Assembly: GCA_965649205.1 (NCBI GenBank)
Contig: CBFGJV010000007.1
Coordinates: 17,466-81,465 of the forward strand
Length of the DNA stretch: 64,000 bases
DNA from: a candidate division WOR-3 bacterium
Lineage (GTDB): Bacteria; Hydrothermota; Tepidihabitantia; Tepidihabitantales; Tepidihabitantaceae
Direction of reading: 5' to 3'
Positions 39,490 to 49,617 of this stretch are shown here, piece after piece. Position 1 is the stretch's first letter. Each line of letters starts with the position of its first letter. The position numbers and the translations under genes were made by a program. The notes below the pieces were generated by a model, which made no database searches, was not told where the DNA came from, and saw only the letters and a list, made by a program, of their open reading frames with translations.

Positions 39490-42400
39490 ATGTTCCGCAA
39501 CCTATTTAGCACCCTGCTCCTGCTGGCAAGCAGCCAGTTTGCAGGAGTAAGTGGCTTACCCGCGGGCAGGGTGGCTTTCGACACCAGCTACTATAACAAC
39601 TATGTGCGGACGATGCGTAAAATAGATTCTCTGGTTTCCTTGCGTCCCAGCATAGCTTCGCTTGAAACTATTGCTGTTACCGAAACCGGAGGGCGGGCGG
39701 TAGTGGCGGTGAAACTGGCTGGCACTGCAAGCTCCCAGGGAACGACGCCCGCGATTCTTTTTGATGGAGCCCACCACGGTTGCGAGGTGCTGACGAGTGA
39801 AGTGTGTTTGAAGCTTTTGGCCTATCTGATTGCGGGGTACGATTCTAGCCCTGTTTTGCGGCGTTACATTGACTCTTTGCGCATTTTCATAGTGCCGCTG
39901 GTGAACCCGGACGGCCACGAAGTGAACTTTGTTACTCCTGATACTCTCTGGCGTAAGAATACCAGGGACAATAACAGCAACGGTTACTGGGACCCCGAAG
40001 ACGGAGTGGATTTGAACCGCAACTATCCGTTTCTCTGGGACATCGGGGGCAGTCCGTTTCCAAGTGACCGCGAGTACAGGGGACCTTATCCTTTGAGCGA
40101 AGCAGAAACGCAAGGCATGGTTGCTTTGTGTGCGCGGGAGAAGTTTCTTACCAATATCTGTTATCATTCCAGCCTGGAGGCGGAGGGCTGGGAAAAAATA
40201 TACTATCCCTGGGACTGGGGCGGTGTTCGTTCGCCGGACTATGACATCATCCGCCCCATAGCTATAGCGCTGGCCTCCAGCATCCCTAATCTCGCCGGTA
40301 CGGGTACTTATTCGGCGGCGATAGGGAATGCCCTTTCCGGCGGGATGTACCGTAACTGGTCATACTACAATTACGGTGTTTTCTCCTACACCGTAGAGAC
40401 CGGTATTTACTACCCTTCTCCGGCTGCAGCCGAATCTATCTGCGCGAACAATATACTTGGTGCCCGCTATCTTCTGGGTCGGACTCTTGGTTCGGCTGTT
40501 TGGGGTCGGGTTACTGATTCGGTCGATGGTAAACCTCTGGCTGCTCAAGTACTGTTGCTGGAAGTGGATACTCTTTCTCCGCGGCCGATTCTGCCGCGGA
40601 CTTCTGACTCTGTTCAGGGCCGTTTCTTTCGGCTTGTCAACCCGGGCGCCTACACTTTTCGTGTTTCGCGGCCGGGATATGTAACCAAAACAGTGTCTGT
40701 AACTGTACAAGAAGGACAACGGTCGAATTTAGAGGTGAGGCTGGCTAAACCTTCGGTTACAGTGGTTAGTCCGAATGGAGGTGAAAGCTGGATGGGTGGT
40801 ACCACTCAGACTATTAGGTGGCGAAAAGCAGATGCCGGATTCGCTACCTATCGGATTGTGCTTTCACGCGACGGGGGGCTAACCTATGCCGACACTATTG
40901 CCCGTAACATACCTGCAAGCGAGACGACTTTTCGTTGGATTCTGTCTTGGGTAAATTCTGCCACCTGCAGAATAATGGTCCAGGCTTTGGATAGCACAGG
41001 TGCGTTTATCTGTCAAGATGTCAGTGATGGCAACTTTGTTATTCAGACTGCGGTAACAGTACTCGTTCCCAATGGTGGGGAGATTTTGGGTGGCGGTCTA
41101 CCTTATACCGTAAGATGGCGAGTGATAGGTACGGGTTTTGCATTCTTGCGAGTGTTGCTTTCCACCAACGGTGGAATGACGTACACAGATACGATTGGTC
41201 AGGTGAGCGTGCAGGAAAGTGTCATTGTGTGGACACCGGCCTGGATGAATGTGAATACATGTCGTATCAGGGTTCAGGCGTTGGACAGCAGTGGCGCGGT
41301 GGTGGTGCATGATGCCAGCGACGGTAACTTCGCGGTGCGGACAGCAGTGACTGTAATGTCCCCGAACGGGGGTGAGTTTTGGGCCACTGGTGGTTATCGG
41401 ACGGTAAGATGGACTCGAACAGGTGGTGGATTCAGTGGCTATAGACTTCTTCTTTCTATGGATGGCGGTTTTACCTTTAAAGACACCATCGCCCGGGATG
41501 TGAACCCGGCCGAGAGTAGTTTTGTCTGGGTGATACCAACCGCTAACTCCAGTACCTGCTGGCTTATGGTTCAGGCGTTGGACAGCGCAGGCGGCGTGGT
41601 ATGTCAGGACGCCAGTGATGGCAGCTTTACGATTGCCGGCGTGGTAACCGTGTCGGTGCCAAATGGGGGAGAAGTCTGGGCCGGGAACGGCTTCCAGAAC
41701 ATCTATTGGAAGAAAACGGGCGTCAGTTTCGAATATCACCGGCTACTGCTTTCGCGCAACGGGGGACTTACCTATTCCGACACTATCGCGGCATATGTGG
41801 CGGCCGCAGAAAGCTCATACAGATGGCAGGTGTTTCCCGTCAATACGGATAAGTGTCGGGTGTGCGTGCAGCTAGTTGATGCGTCTGGTCAGGTGGTGGC
41901 TGCGGACTGGAGCGATCTTGATTTTACAATTGATTCGGACCCGCCTCTGGGTTTCAATCTGGTTCGACCGGCCAACTCTGCCTGGGCTAGCGGCACTCCG
42001 ATTTTTATATGGAACAGCGCCAGGGACAATTTCGGTATTGGCTATTACCAATTGTTTGTAGATGGGATATTGCGTATGGACAGTATTGCCGATACTGTTT
42101 GTACGTTTCTGCCGCCGGCCCTCGGTGAAGGCCTAAGAACCTGGACGGTGAAGGCAGTAGACCGGGCTGGAAACGCACGGCAATCAACGCAGACTTTTTC
42201 AGTCCGTATAGATACCACCCCTCCAGGTCCTTTTCATCTGCTTGCTCCAGCCGAGAGTTCCTGGATCAGCCGGAGTCTGTCGGTCCTTTCTTGGCAAGCC
42301 TCGTATGATGTTGGTTGTGGGCTTGCCGGTTATCAGTTATGGATTGACGGAGTTCCTAACCGGACGGATCTGTCCGCAAGTCAGACTTCGTGCTTGCCCG

Positions 42401-45400
42401 TTGCTCCTCTGAGTTTAGGATTGCACTCTTGGCAAGTACGGGCAGTGGATAGCGTAGGCAATGTGCGGGTATCGACACAGACGCGTACGTTCGGGGTGGA
42501 CACTGTCCCCCCAGAACCTTTTACTCTCGTTTTGCCCGATGATTCAAGCTGGGTTTCTGGGCGCCCTCGGTTTGTCTGGCACCAGTCGACTGATTCTTTG
42601 AGTGGTATCTGTCTTTACCGTGTGTATGTGTCCGGAACTGGGCGAGTGGATAGTATTCTGGCAACGGACACCAGCACGGTACCGACTTCTACCCTCGCCG
42701 AAGGACCGGCTACCTGGTACGTGCAGGCGATTGACCGGGCAGGCAATATACGTCACAGCCCGGTCCAGCGGATATTCGTGGATACCACCCCCCCCGCTGC
42801 ATTCAGCCTTGTTTCTCCGTCTGATGGGGCGTACCAGACAATGTCCTTGCCGGAATTTATCTGGCGGCAGAGTACGGACGCAGGCGTTGGGTTCCAGAAG
42901 TACGAATTGTGGATTGATGGGGTACGGAACAGAGAAAGCTTGGGGATGCTGGATACGATGGCTTTGCCAGCCACGGCTCTGAGCGAAGGGATTCATGTCT
43001 GGCAAATACGGGCCTACGACAAAGTGGCTAACGTCCGCTTTTCTAATCAGAGTCGTCAGGTTACTTTGGATTGGACCCCGCCCGACACTTTCAGTCTTTC
43101 GTTTCCCCGCGAAAATGATACCACCTATGTACAACAGCCTGTCTTCTTCTGGCGGCCGGCACGCGACAGGGTTTCCGGTTTGTCCCGATACCAGTTGCTG
43201 ATTGATGATACAGTCAGCAGAGACAGTATTGCGGAGTCTGATACCTTCGCCGTTCTGGTTTCTCCGCTTTCCTTTGGCAGCGTGGTCCAGTGGAAGGTGA
43301 AGGCTATTGACCGTGCCGGATTGGAGCGTCAATCCAGCAAGACTCACAGGTTGTATGTTGTCAAGGACAGCATTCCACCGACGATTCCGATTCAGGTGGC
43401 CCCAGGGCACGGTACCTATTGTCGGGATAGTGCGCCGACCTTCCGTTGGCGACGTTCCAGCGATACCTACAGTGGGGTGAGTCACTATTCTCTCCAGTAT
43501 GCGACAAACCCTGTTTGTAGCATGGGAATTACCGTGATGGTGAGCGATACTTTCTATCAAGTTCCTGGCCGGCTGGCCGATACGGTCTGGTACTGGCGAG
43601 TGCGGGCTCATGACCGGGTAGGCAATAGGAGCGACTGGTCTTTGGTGTGGTTTTTTGAAGTGGATACTCGCATTCCGGCCGCTCCTATGCTGCAGCGACC
43701 TGTGCGAGGAGCCTGGTGTAACAGTCGGGAGGTGGTTTTCAGCTGGACGCCAACGTCTTGGGGCATACTGTCTCCGGTCCGTTACATACTGCAGGTGGAT
43801 ACTGTTGTTCATTTTACCCATCCGCGGACAGATACGACTGCTGCCACTATGGACACAATGAATCTGTTAGAGCGCAAACGTTACTACTGGCGAGTGCGTG
43901 CCTTTGACTTAGCCGGAAACCAGGGTCCTTTTTCAGCAATAGACAGCTTTGGAGTGGATGCGGATGTACCGACGGTTCCGGCTCCGGTTGCTCCTGACAG
44001 CGGCGGATTGCTCAATGACTCGCTTGTTCGATTTGTCTGGCGGCGTAGCTCAGATGCCCTGAGCGGAGTACGACATTACGTTTTGCAGTGGGCACCTGAT
44101 TCTGATTTCGTTGGTGCTGTCACCAGAGATTCTGTTACGGATACAACCTGGGTGACAACGCCGCCGCTGATTGACACTGTTTGGTATTGGCGAGTAAGAG
44201 CGGTGGACAGAGCCCACAACCAGAGTAACTGGTCTTCAGTCTGGTCTTTTGCCAAGGACGCAACAGCTCCGGCGGTGCCGTTGCTTTTGGAACCAGTTCG
44301 GGGTTCCTGGAAGAACGCCCTACGTACTGTTTTTCGCTGGTCGCCGGTAGAGGATGAATGGCAGGGGTCTGGCTTTGGAATTTGCTCGCCGGTGCGTTAC
44401 ATAGTGCAGGTGGATACACTGCGCAGTTTCGTTTCTCCGTTGGTTGTAGATACCACCGCGTTCACCGAAGACACATTCGAACTTGGGGAGCGGGGGCGTT
44501 ACTACTGGCGTGTGCGGGCTTTTGATTTGGCCGGAAACCAGGGCTATTTTTCCAGTTTGGACAGTTTTGGTATAGACTACACGGCGCCAACTTCTCCGAT
44601 CATTGTGGCTCCGGACAGCGGCAAGGTATGTAACGATTCTGTGATGCGTTTTGTTTGGAGTCGGGCCAGGGACGTTTTGAGCGGCGTGGATCATTATCAG
44701 CTGCAGTATGGCCAAGACCCCGAGCTGGCTGATTCTGTTACGATTGATTCGCTTACGGATACAACTGCTGTTGTGGCACTGGTTGACGCTATTTGGTATT
44801 GGCGGTTGAGAGCGGTAGACCGGGCAGGCAATTTCAGCCTTTGGTCTAGCATCTGGAATTTTGAAAAAGATACAAGAGAACCCGAGCAGCCGACTCTTTT
44901 ATCGCCGGTAGGAGGTGTTTGGATTGCGGACAGCTTCGTATGCTGTAACTGGAGTCGGGTTTTTCTGAGAGGAGCCGGAACGGGATTGTTTTGTACTTTG
45001 CCGAGTAATTCGGAGTGGGCCGAGCGGGTTCCTCTTTCTTTGGTGCGTTACATACTGCAGATAGATACGACGCTGGCTTTTGTACGGCCGCGAGTAGACA
45101 CGCTTGATGATACAACCGCGACAGTAAACCGAGGAGAGGGACGTCATTTCTGGCGCGTGCGGGCCTTTGACCTGGCAGGTAATCAAGGAGCTTTTTCTCA
45201 CGTGGACAGCTTCGGCGTAGATTTAACTAGACCGACGGTGCCGATGCTCGAACATCCGCCGGATAATTTTACACTGGTCGACTCCTTATGTACTTTTATT
45301 TGGCACTATGCCCAGGACTGGCCCAGCGGAGTGGCGGACTACAGACTACAGGTGGCATCTGATACCGGCTTCAGCCGGTTGCAGCGTGACACGGTAGTAG

Positions 45401-45816
45401 CTGATACCAGTTGTCGGTTGCTGGTCGCTGATTCGGTTTGCTACTGGCGTGTGCGTTGTAAAGACCGAGCCGGTAACCTGAGCAATTGGTCGGTTAGGCG
45501 CAGGTTGCGAGTAATCGGTCCGGGGGCAGTGGTGGAAAGGTCTCCACAACTGTTGTCGGGTGTTTTGGAGCTGGCGGGACCGGTTGTGTTTCGTGATCGC
45601 CTGGTGCTGACCTGCGTTCTAAGAAGAGAGGTGGTAGTGCGACTTTCTTTGTACAACAGTGCAGGTCGGGAGATGACGGTTTTTTGGTCAGGCAAACAGC
45701 CTGCTGGGAGATACAAGATTACCTGTAACAGTTTATCGATCCCTGCCGGCATCTATTTTCTCAGTCTGGATGCAGACGGTCTTGTGGCAAAACTAAAGGT
45801 GGTAAAGGCCGAATAG
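39490..45816 (+). CDS. 2109-aa secreted protein: signal peptide, M14 zinc carboxypeptidase domain, prealbumin-like domain, about 5 Kre9/KNH-like ~100-aa repeats, about 13 Ig/FN3-like ~135-aa repeats, T9SS C-terminal sorting domain
   Basis: ATG at 39490 (MFRNLFSTLLLLASS). M14 motifs HGCE (HxxE), VDLNRNY, ICYHSS, YTVETG. Repeats of SPNGGE.W..G....I.W. then repeats with W.W..S.D..SG...Y.L..D and YYWRVRA.D.AGN. C-terminus LSLYNSAGREM...GIYFLSLDADGLVAKLKVVKAE. Confidence 0.75.
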   Translation: MFRNLFSTLLLLASSQFAGVSGLPAGRVAFDTSYYNNYVRTMRKIDSLVSLRPSIASLETIAVTETGGRAVVAVKLAGTASSQGTTPAILFDGAHHGCEVLTSEVCLKLLAYLIAGYDSSPVLRRYIDSLRIFIVPLVNPDGHEVNFVTPDTLWRKNTRDNNSNGYWDPEDGVDLNRNYPFLWDIGGSPFPSDREYRGPYPLSEAETQGMVALCAREKFLTNICYHSSLEAEGWEKIYYPWDWGGVRSPDYDIIRPIAIALASSIPNLAGTGTYSAAIGNALSGGMYRNWSYYNYGVFSYTVETGIYYPSPAAAESICANNILGARYLLGRTLGSAVWGRVTDSVDGKPLAAQVLLLEVDTLSPRPILPRTSDSVQGRFFRLVNPGAYTFRVSRPGYVTKTVSVTVQEGQRSNLEVRLAKPSVTVVSPNGGESWMGGTTQTIRWRKADAGFATYRIVLSRDGGLTYADTIARNIPASETTFRWILSWVNSATCRIMVQALDSTGAFICQDVSDGNFVIQTAVTVLVPNGGEILGGGLPYTVRWRVIGTGFAFLRVLLSTNGGMTYTDTIGQVSVQESVIVWTPAWMNVNTCRIRVQALDSSGAVVVHDASDGNFAVRTAVTVMSPNGGEFWATGGYRTVRWTRTGGGFSGYRLLLSMDGGFTFKDTIARDVNPAESSFVWVIPTANSSTCWLMVQALDSAGGVVCQDASDGSFTIAGVVTVSVPNGGEVWAGNGFQNIYWKKTGVSFEYHRLLLSRNGGLTYSDTIAAYVAAAESSYRWQVFPVNTDKCRVCVQLVDASGQVVAADWSDLDFTIDSDPPLGFNLVRPANSAWASGTPIFIWNSARDNFGIGYYQLFVDGILRMDSIADTVCTFLPPALGEGLRTWTVKAVDRAGNARQSTQTFSVRIDTTPPGPFHLLAPAESSWISRSLSVLSWQASYDVGCGLAGYQLWIDGVPNRTDLSASQTSCLPVAPLSLGLHSWQVRAVDSVGNVRVSTQTRTFGVDTVPPEPFTLVLPDDSSWVSGRPRFVWHQSTDSLSGICLYRVYVSGTGRVDSILATDTSTVPTSTLAEGPATWYVQAIDRAGNIRHSPVQRIFVDTTPPAAFSLVSPSDGAYQTMSLPEFIWRQSTDAGVGFQKYELWIDGVRNRESLGMLDTMALPATALSEGIHVWQIRAYDKVANVRFSNQSRQVTLDWTPPDTFSLSFPRENDTTYVQQPVFFWRPARDRVSGLSRYQLLIDDTVSRDSIAESDTFAVLVSPLSFGSVVQWKVKAIDRAGLERQSSKTHRLYVVKDSIPPTIPIQVAPGHGTYCRDSAPTFRWRRSSDTYSGVSHYSLQYATNPVCSMGITVMVSDTFYQVPGRLADTVWYWRVRAHDRVGNRSDWSLVWFFEVDTRIPAAPMLQRPVRGAWCNSREVVFSWTPTSWGILSPVRYILQVDTVVHFTHPRTDTTAATMDTMNLLERKRYYWRVRAFDLAGNQGPFSAIDSFGVDADVPTVPAPVAPDSGGLLNDSLVRFVWRRSSDALSGVRHYVLQWAPDSDFVGAVTRDSVTDTTWVTTPPLIDTVWYWRVRAVDRAHNQSNWSSVWSFAKDATAPAVPLLLEPVRGSWKNALRTVFRWSPVEDEWQGSGFGICSPVRYIVQVDTLRSFVSPLVVDTTAFTEDTFELGERGRYYWRVRAFDLAGNQGYFSSLDSFGIDYTAPTSPIIVAPDSGKVCNDSVMRFVWSRARDVLSGVDHYQLQYGQDPELADSVTIDSLTDTTAVVALVDAIWYWRLRAVDRAGNFSLWSSIWNFEKDTREPEQPTLLSPVGGVWIADSFVCCNWSRVFLRGAGTGLFCTLPSNSEWAERVPLSLVRYILQIDTTLAFVRPRVDTLDDTTATVNRGEGRHFWRVRAFDLAGNQGAFSHVDSFGVDLTRPTVPMLEHPPDNFTLVDSLCTFIWHYAQDWPSGVADYRLQVASDTGFSRLQRDTVVADTSCRLLVADSVCYWRVRCKDRAGNLSNWSVRRRLRVIGPGAVVERSPQLLSGVLELAGPVVFRDRLVLTCVLRREVVVRLSLYNSAGREMTVFWSGKQPAGRYKITCNSLSIPAGIYFLSLDADGLVAKLKVVKAE

Positions 45817-45906
45817 AAGACCAGACAGCGGGAGTTTTCTTGAAAACAATGATTGAAGGTCAAAAAACGGTTTTGGAGATGGCGAAATTTGGCTTAATTT
45901 TCAAGG

Positions 45907-45934
45907 TTGACAAAATGAGTTCTTTGGCTATATT
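45907..45934 (+). promoter_or_regulatory. Sigma70-type promoter of the S10 operon
   Basis: TTGACA (45907-45912), 16-nt spacer, TATATT (45929-45934), about 120 nt upstream of rpsJ. Leader contains a GNRA-capped hairpin GGCGCUA-GAAA-UAGUGCC (45943-45960). Confidence 0.5.
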
Positions 45935-46052
45935 ACACGCCAGGCGCTAGAAATAGTGCCAGGGGCAATCCGCCCTTCCGCCCTGAAAAGACTAACAGGC
46001 AGCGGTAGATGTTTAAAATAGTGATAGAGAGGTTTTGTTTCTGTATTGAGTT

Positions 46053-46376
46053 ATGAGCCTGATAAGGACATCGAAGAAGATACGTATTAAGCTTAAGGCT
46101 TACGACCACCGGGTGCTGGACCAGTCCGCTCGCGATATAGTGGATGTGGCCAAGAGGACTGGTGCTCAGGTTTCCGGGCCGGTGCCGTTGCCCACAAAGC
46201 GTACGCTGTTCACTGTACTGCGTTCTCCTCATGTGGATAAGAAGTCGCGGGAACAGTTTGAACTGCGGGTGCATAAGCGCCTGATAGAGATTTCTAATGC
46301 TACCGCTGAAATGGTGGATGCTTTGATGAAGCTGGAAGTACCTGCCGGCGTAGAAGTAGAGATTAGGTCAGCTTGA
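46053..46376 (+). CDS. rpsJ: 30S ribosomal protein S10
   Basis: [42 protein letters not shown]. Confidence 0.95.
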   Translation: MSLIRTSKKIRIKLKAYDHRVLDQSARDIVDVAKRTGAQVSGPVPLPTKRTLFTVLRSPHVDKKSREQFELRVHKRLIEISNATAEMVDALMKLEVPAGVEVEIRSA

Positions 46377-46381
46377 GCAGT

Positions 46382-47059
46382 ATGGAGAACAAAGATAGCC
46401 GGAAAGCAAAGAATGCTAGCGCCCTCTTGGGTTTGAAAGGAACGATGACCCAGTTCTATGACAAACAGGGCCGTGTGGTACCGGCAACCGCAATAGAGGT
46501 AGGGACTAATTGTGTCGTGGTCGCGCGCCGGAGCGTGGAAAGGGACGGCTACGAAGCCGTCCAGCTTGGATTCGGCCGCGTGAAGCCGAAGCAGGTCTGT
46601 AAACCGTTAGCCGGACACTGCAAGCGAGCTGGCCTAGAGCAGGTTCATTTCCTTTGTGAAGTTCCTGCTCAGGGCAATGAGGGGCTGAAGCCGGGTGAGA
46701 CGGTGGGGGTGGAAGTTTTTAAAGAGGGAGATTTGGTCCAGGTTACCGGTCGTACCCGGGGCAGAGGATTTGCAGGTGGAGTAGAGCGTTGGAACTGGGC
46801 GAGTGGACCACGTAGTCATGGCTCTATGTCTCACCGTCGCATAGGTTCAGTAGGTGCAGGGTCTTCACCCGGTCGAGTGCTCAGGGGAAGACATCTTCCC
46901 GGCCATTACGGGGTGGAGCGGGTGACGATACGAAAGCTGCACGTGGTAAAAGTGGAGCCAGAAGCAGGCAGACTATATGTCAGCGGTGCAGTTCCTGGTT
47001 GTCGGGGTAGTTTGCTTCTGGTGAGAAAGATGAAGGTAAGAGGCAAGGCTGAACAATGA
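46382..47059 (+). CDS. rplC: 50S ribosomal protein L3
   Basis: [25 protein letters not shown]...[13 protein letters not shown]. First ATG after the rpsJ stop is at 46382. Confidence 0.93.
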   Translation: MENKDSRKAKNASALLGLKGTMTQFYDKQGRVVPATAIEVGTNCVVVARRSVERDGYEAVQLGFGRVKPKQVCKPLAGHCKRAGLEQVHFLCEVPAQGNEGLKPGETVGVEVFKEGDLVQVTGRTRGRGFAGGVERWNWASGPRSHGSMSHRRIGSVGAGSSPGRVLRGRHLPGHYGVERVTIRKLHVVKVEPEAGRLYVSGAVPGCRGSLLLVRKMKVRGKAEQ

Positions 47060-47826
47060 ATCTGACGGTTTTAGCGGTGGATGGTACCACTAAAGGGACA
47101 GTAGAGGTGCCAGATTCACTGTTTGGTCTTAAGCCTGAGAGGGGGCTTCTGTGGGAGACCGTACACGCTTACCTCTCTAATCAGCGTCAGGGTAATGCTT
47201 GTACCAAGACTAGAAGTACTGTTTCTGGCACCGGGAAAAAGCCTTATCGCCAAAAGCATACAGGGCGGGCACGACATGGCTCACGACGTTCTCCTATTTT
47301 TGTAGGTGGCGCCATCGCCTGGGGGCCGAAACCGCGTGAGTACTCCTTGTCTTTACCCAAGCACAAGAAGCGGTTAGCACTGCTGTCTGCTCTTTCAGCA
47401 CAGAGGGAGGAAGGCAGGATTGTTGTTGTAGAAGATTTTGAACTAAGCCAGCCCAAAACCAAGGAGCTGGTGAGCTTGCTTGCCGCAATGGGTATTTCAG
47501 ACAGGATGCAGGTAGCCACAATAACTCAGCCAGAGTCAGAACAGCAGCCGGTAGTTGAAGAGAGTTCGGTGCAACCTGGAGGCGAAGAAAAATTGACGGA
47601 AAGTGGAAAAGGTAAACTCAAGATGGAGCGGCAGCGTATTCTCCTACTGGTACCAGAGGCCAATCAGAATCTGGTAAGAGCTAGTCGTAACATTTCTTGG
47701 TTGACGGTGATGCCGGCTTCGCTTCTGAACACCTACGCTGTGCTTGCGCACAATCGGGTGATTTTTACAAGAAGCGCTCTGGAGCGGTTTATTTCTGTTC
47801 ATGGTAAGGAAGGACAGGCAGAATGA
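47056..47826 (+). CDS. rplD: 50S ribosomal protein L4 (with a ~40-aa acidic insertion)
   Basis: uL4 core (KKPYRQKHTGRARHGSRRSPIFVGGAIAWGPKPREY). Start overlaps the rplC stop (ATGA). Confidence 0.93.
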   Translation: MNLTVLAVDGTTKGTVEVPDSLFGLKPERGLLWETVHAYLSNQRQGNACTKTRSTVSGTGKKPYRQKHTGRARHGSRRSPIFVGGAIAWGPKPREYSLSLPKHKKRLALLSALSAQREEGRIVVVEDFELSQPKTKELVSLLAAMGISDRMQVATITQPESEQQPVVEESSVQPGGEEKLTESGKGKLKMERQRILLLVPEANQNLVRASRNISWLTVMPASLLNTYAVLAHNRVIFTRSALERFISVHGKEGQAE

Positions 47827-48110
47827 AGGACCCGGACACTATTATCCTTGGCGCCTTGGTAACGGAAAAGGCTGAGCGGCTCAAGGCCGGACATAATAAA
47901 TATACTTTTCGAGTCAATCCCAAGGCGAACAAAATTGAGATACGGCGTGCGGTTGAGCGGTTGTTCAAGGTACACGTGCAAGACGTTAAGGTGATGAATT
48001 TTCTGGGCAAACGCCGACGGATGGGGATGTTTTCCGGACGCAAACCGGATTGGAAGAAGGCAGTTGTTACCATAAAAGAAGGCGAAACAATACAGGCTCT
48101 GGAGCGGTGA
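47823..48110 (+). CDS. rplW: 50S ribosomal protein L23
   Basis: 95 aa uL23-like; ATGA overlap with the rplD stop. Confidence 0.93.
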   Translation: MKDPDTIILGALVTEKAERLKAGHNKYTFRVNPKANKIEIRRAVERLFKVHVQDVKVMNFLGKRRRMGMFSGRKPDWKKAVVTIKEGETIQALER

Positions 48111-48937
48111 TGGCACTGAAACAGTATCGACCGGTTACTCCGGGACAGAGACATCGCACCGGTTACACTTTTGAGGAGATTACGAGGACGGAACCTTACC
48201 GCCCCCTGCTTACGGTTATGCGTAAAAAGGGGGGTAGGAATAATCTGGGCCGTTTGACGGTAAAATGCCGTGGAGGCGGAGAGAAACGTCACTATCGTTT
48301 GATAGACTTTCAGCGCAGTAAGCGGGGTGTACTGGGGACGATTGTTTCTGTGGAGTACGATCCCAATCGTTCTGCTCGTATAGCCCTAGTTAAGTATGCG
48401 GATGGTGAGCACCGTTACATACTCCACGCTGAGGGGATGCGGGTCGGAGATCAGGTGGCGGCTGGTAGAGAATTGCCCATCAGAGTTGGTTATGCTATGC
48501 CCTTGTCTGATATACCAGCTGGAGTAGAGATCCATAACCTGCAGTTGGAACCTGGGAGCAAGTCCTTTTTGGTACGTTCAGCCGGTACAGCGGCTCAGCT
48601 AATGGCTAAAGAAGATAAGTGGGGGGTGGTGAGACTGCCTTCCGGGGAGATTCGCAAGTTTGATTTGGGTTGCTATGCAACCATAGGTAGGGTATCCAAG
48701 GCCGAACATAAGGATATTTCCATTGGTAAGGCAGGAAGGACCAGACATATGGGGCGTCGGCCTCGAGTCAGGGCAGTCGCCATGAACCCGGTTGACCATC
48801 CCATGGGTGGCGGCGAGGGTAAGAGCTCAGGAGGTAGGCACCCTTGCTCTGAGTCTGGTTTTCCGGCTAAAGGAGCCAAAACACGCAATCGGAAGAAGAA
48901 GTCAACGCGTCTGATTGTGCAGAGGAGAAAGAAGTAA
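48110..48937 (+). CDS. rplB: 50S ribosomal protein L2
   Basis: [16 protein letters not shown]-terminus at ATG 48110, overlapping the rplW stop. The ORF-track start at 48050 is an upstream extension. Confidence 0.96.
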   Translation: MALKQYRPVTPGQRHRTGYTFEEITRTEPYRPLLTVMRKKGGRNNLGRLTVKCRGGGEKRHYRLIDFQRSKRGVLGTIVSVEYDPNRSARIALVKYADGEHRYILHAEGMRVGDQVAAGRELPIRVGYAMPLSDIPAGVEIHNLQLEPGSKSFLVRSAGTAAQLMAKEDKWGVVRLPSGEIRKFDLGCYATIGRVSKAEHKDISIGKAGRTRHMGRRPRVRAVAMNPVDHPMGGGEGKSSGGRHPCSESGFPAKGAKTRNRKKKSTRLIVQRRKK

Positions 48938-48939
48938 CT

Positions 48940-49233
48940 ATGGGGCGTTCCATTAAAAAAGGACCCTATATTGACGAAAAGCTTTTTCGTCGCATAAAGC
49001 AGATGGCCGAATCGGGAGAGAAACGGACCTTGAAAACCTACGCACGACGCAGTGTTATTCCTCCAGAGTTTGTCGGTTTTACGCTCGCGGTGCATGCTGG
49101 CAACAGGTTTGTTCCGGTGTACATTACTGAGCGTATGGTAGGTCACAAATTAGGTGAATTTGCACCTACGCGCGTTTTCCGTGCTCACTCGGGGCCACGC
49201 AAGAAAGGTGAGGAGCAGGCACAGACCACATGA
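48940..49233 (+). CDS. rpsS: 30S ribosomal protein S19
   Basis: [15 protein letters not shown]...[28 protein letters not shown]. Confidence 0.96.
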   Translation: MGRSIKKGPYIDEKLFRRIKQMAESGEKRTLKTYARRSVIPPEFVGFTLAVHAGNRFVPVYITERMVGHKLGEFAPTRVFRAHSGPRKKGEEQAQTT

Positions 49234-49616
49234 TAGAAGCAAAAGCAGTATCCAGATTCCAACGAGGTTCAGCGAAGAAGCTCCGACTGGTATGCGAATT
49301 GGTACGCGGAAAGGAAGTTCCTGAGGCAATGCGCATTTTACACTTCTTGGCTAAGCCAACCAAAGCTCCGGTGTTGAAAACACTACGTTCGGCGGTTGCC
49401 AATGCCATTTCTCTGGCCGGTAAGGCTAGGCTGAGCGAAAAGGATTTGGTAATTACCGACATACGAGCAGATCAGGGTCCAATGATGAAACGCTGGCGTC
49501 CTGGTCCCCGCGGAATGGCTTCCATCATACGTAAGCGTACTGTGCATGTGACGGTGAAAGTTTCGGCAAAAGAGCAGACTAAAGAACAGCCCCGGAGATC
49601 AAAAGGTAAGGACTAG
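49230..49616 (+). CDS. rplV: 50S ribosomal protein L22
   Basis: [21 protein letters not shown] uL22 N-terminus; C-terminal basic tail. Confidence 0.95.
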   Translation: MIEAKAVSRFQRGSAKKLRLVCELVRGKEVPEAMRILHFLAKPTKAPVLKTLRSAVANAISLAGKARLSEKDLVITDIRADQGPMMKRWRPGPRGMASIIRKRTVHVTVKVSAKEQTKEQPRRSKGKD

Positions 49617-49617
49617 T

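Noticed and set aside
45816-45906. Possible terminator after the large gene (GUUUUC-UU-GAAAAC, AAAAC-G-GUUUU)
   Set aside because: Stems are AU-rich with 2-nt loops and lack a following U-tract. Too weak to call.
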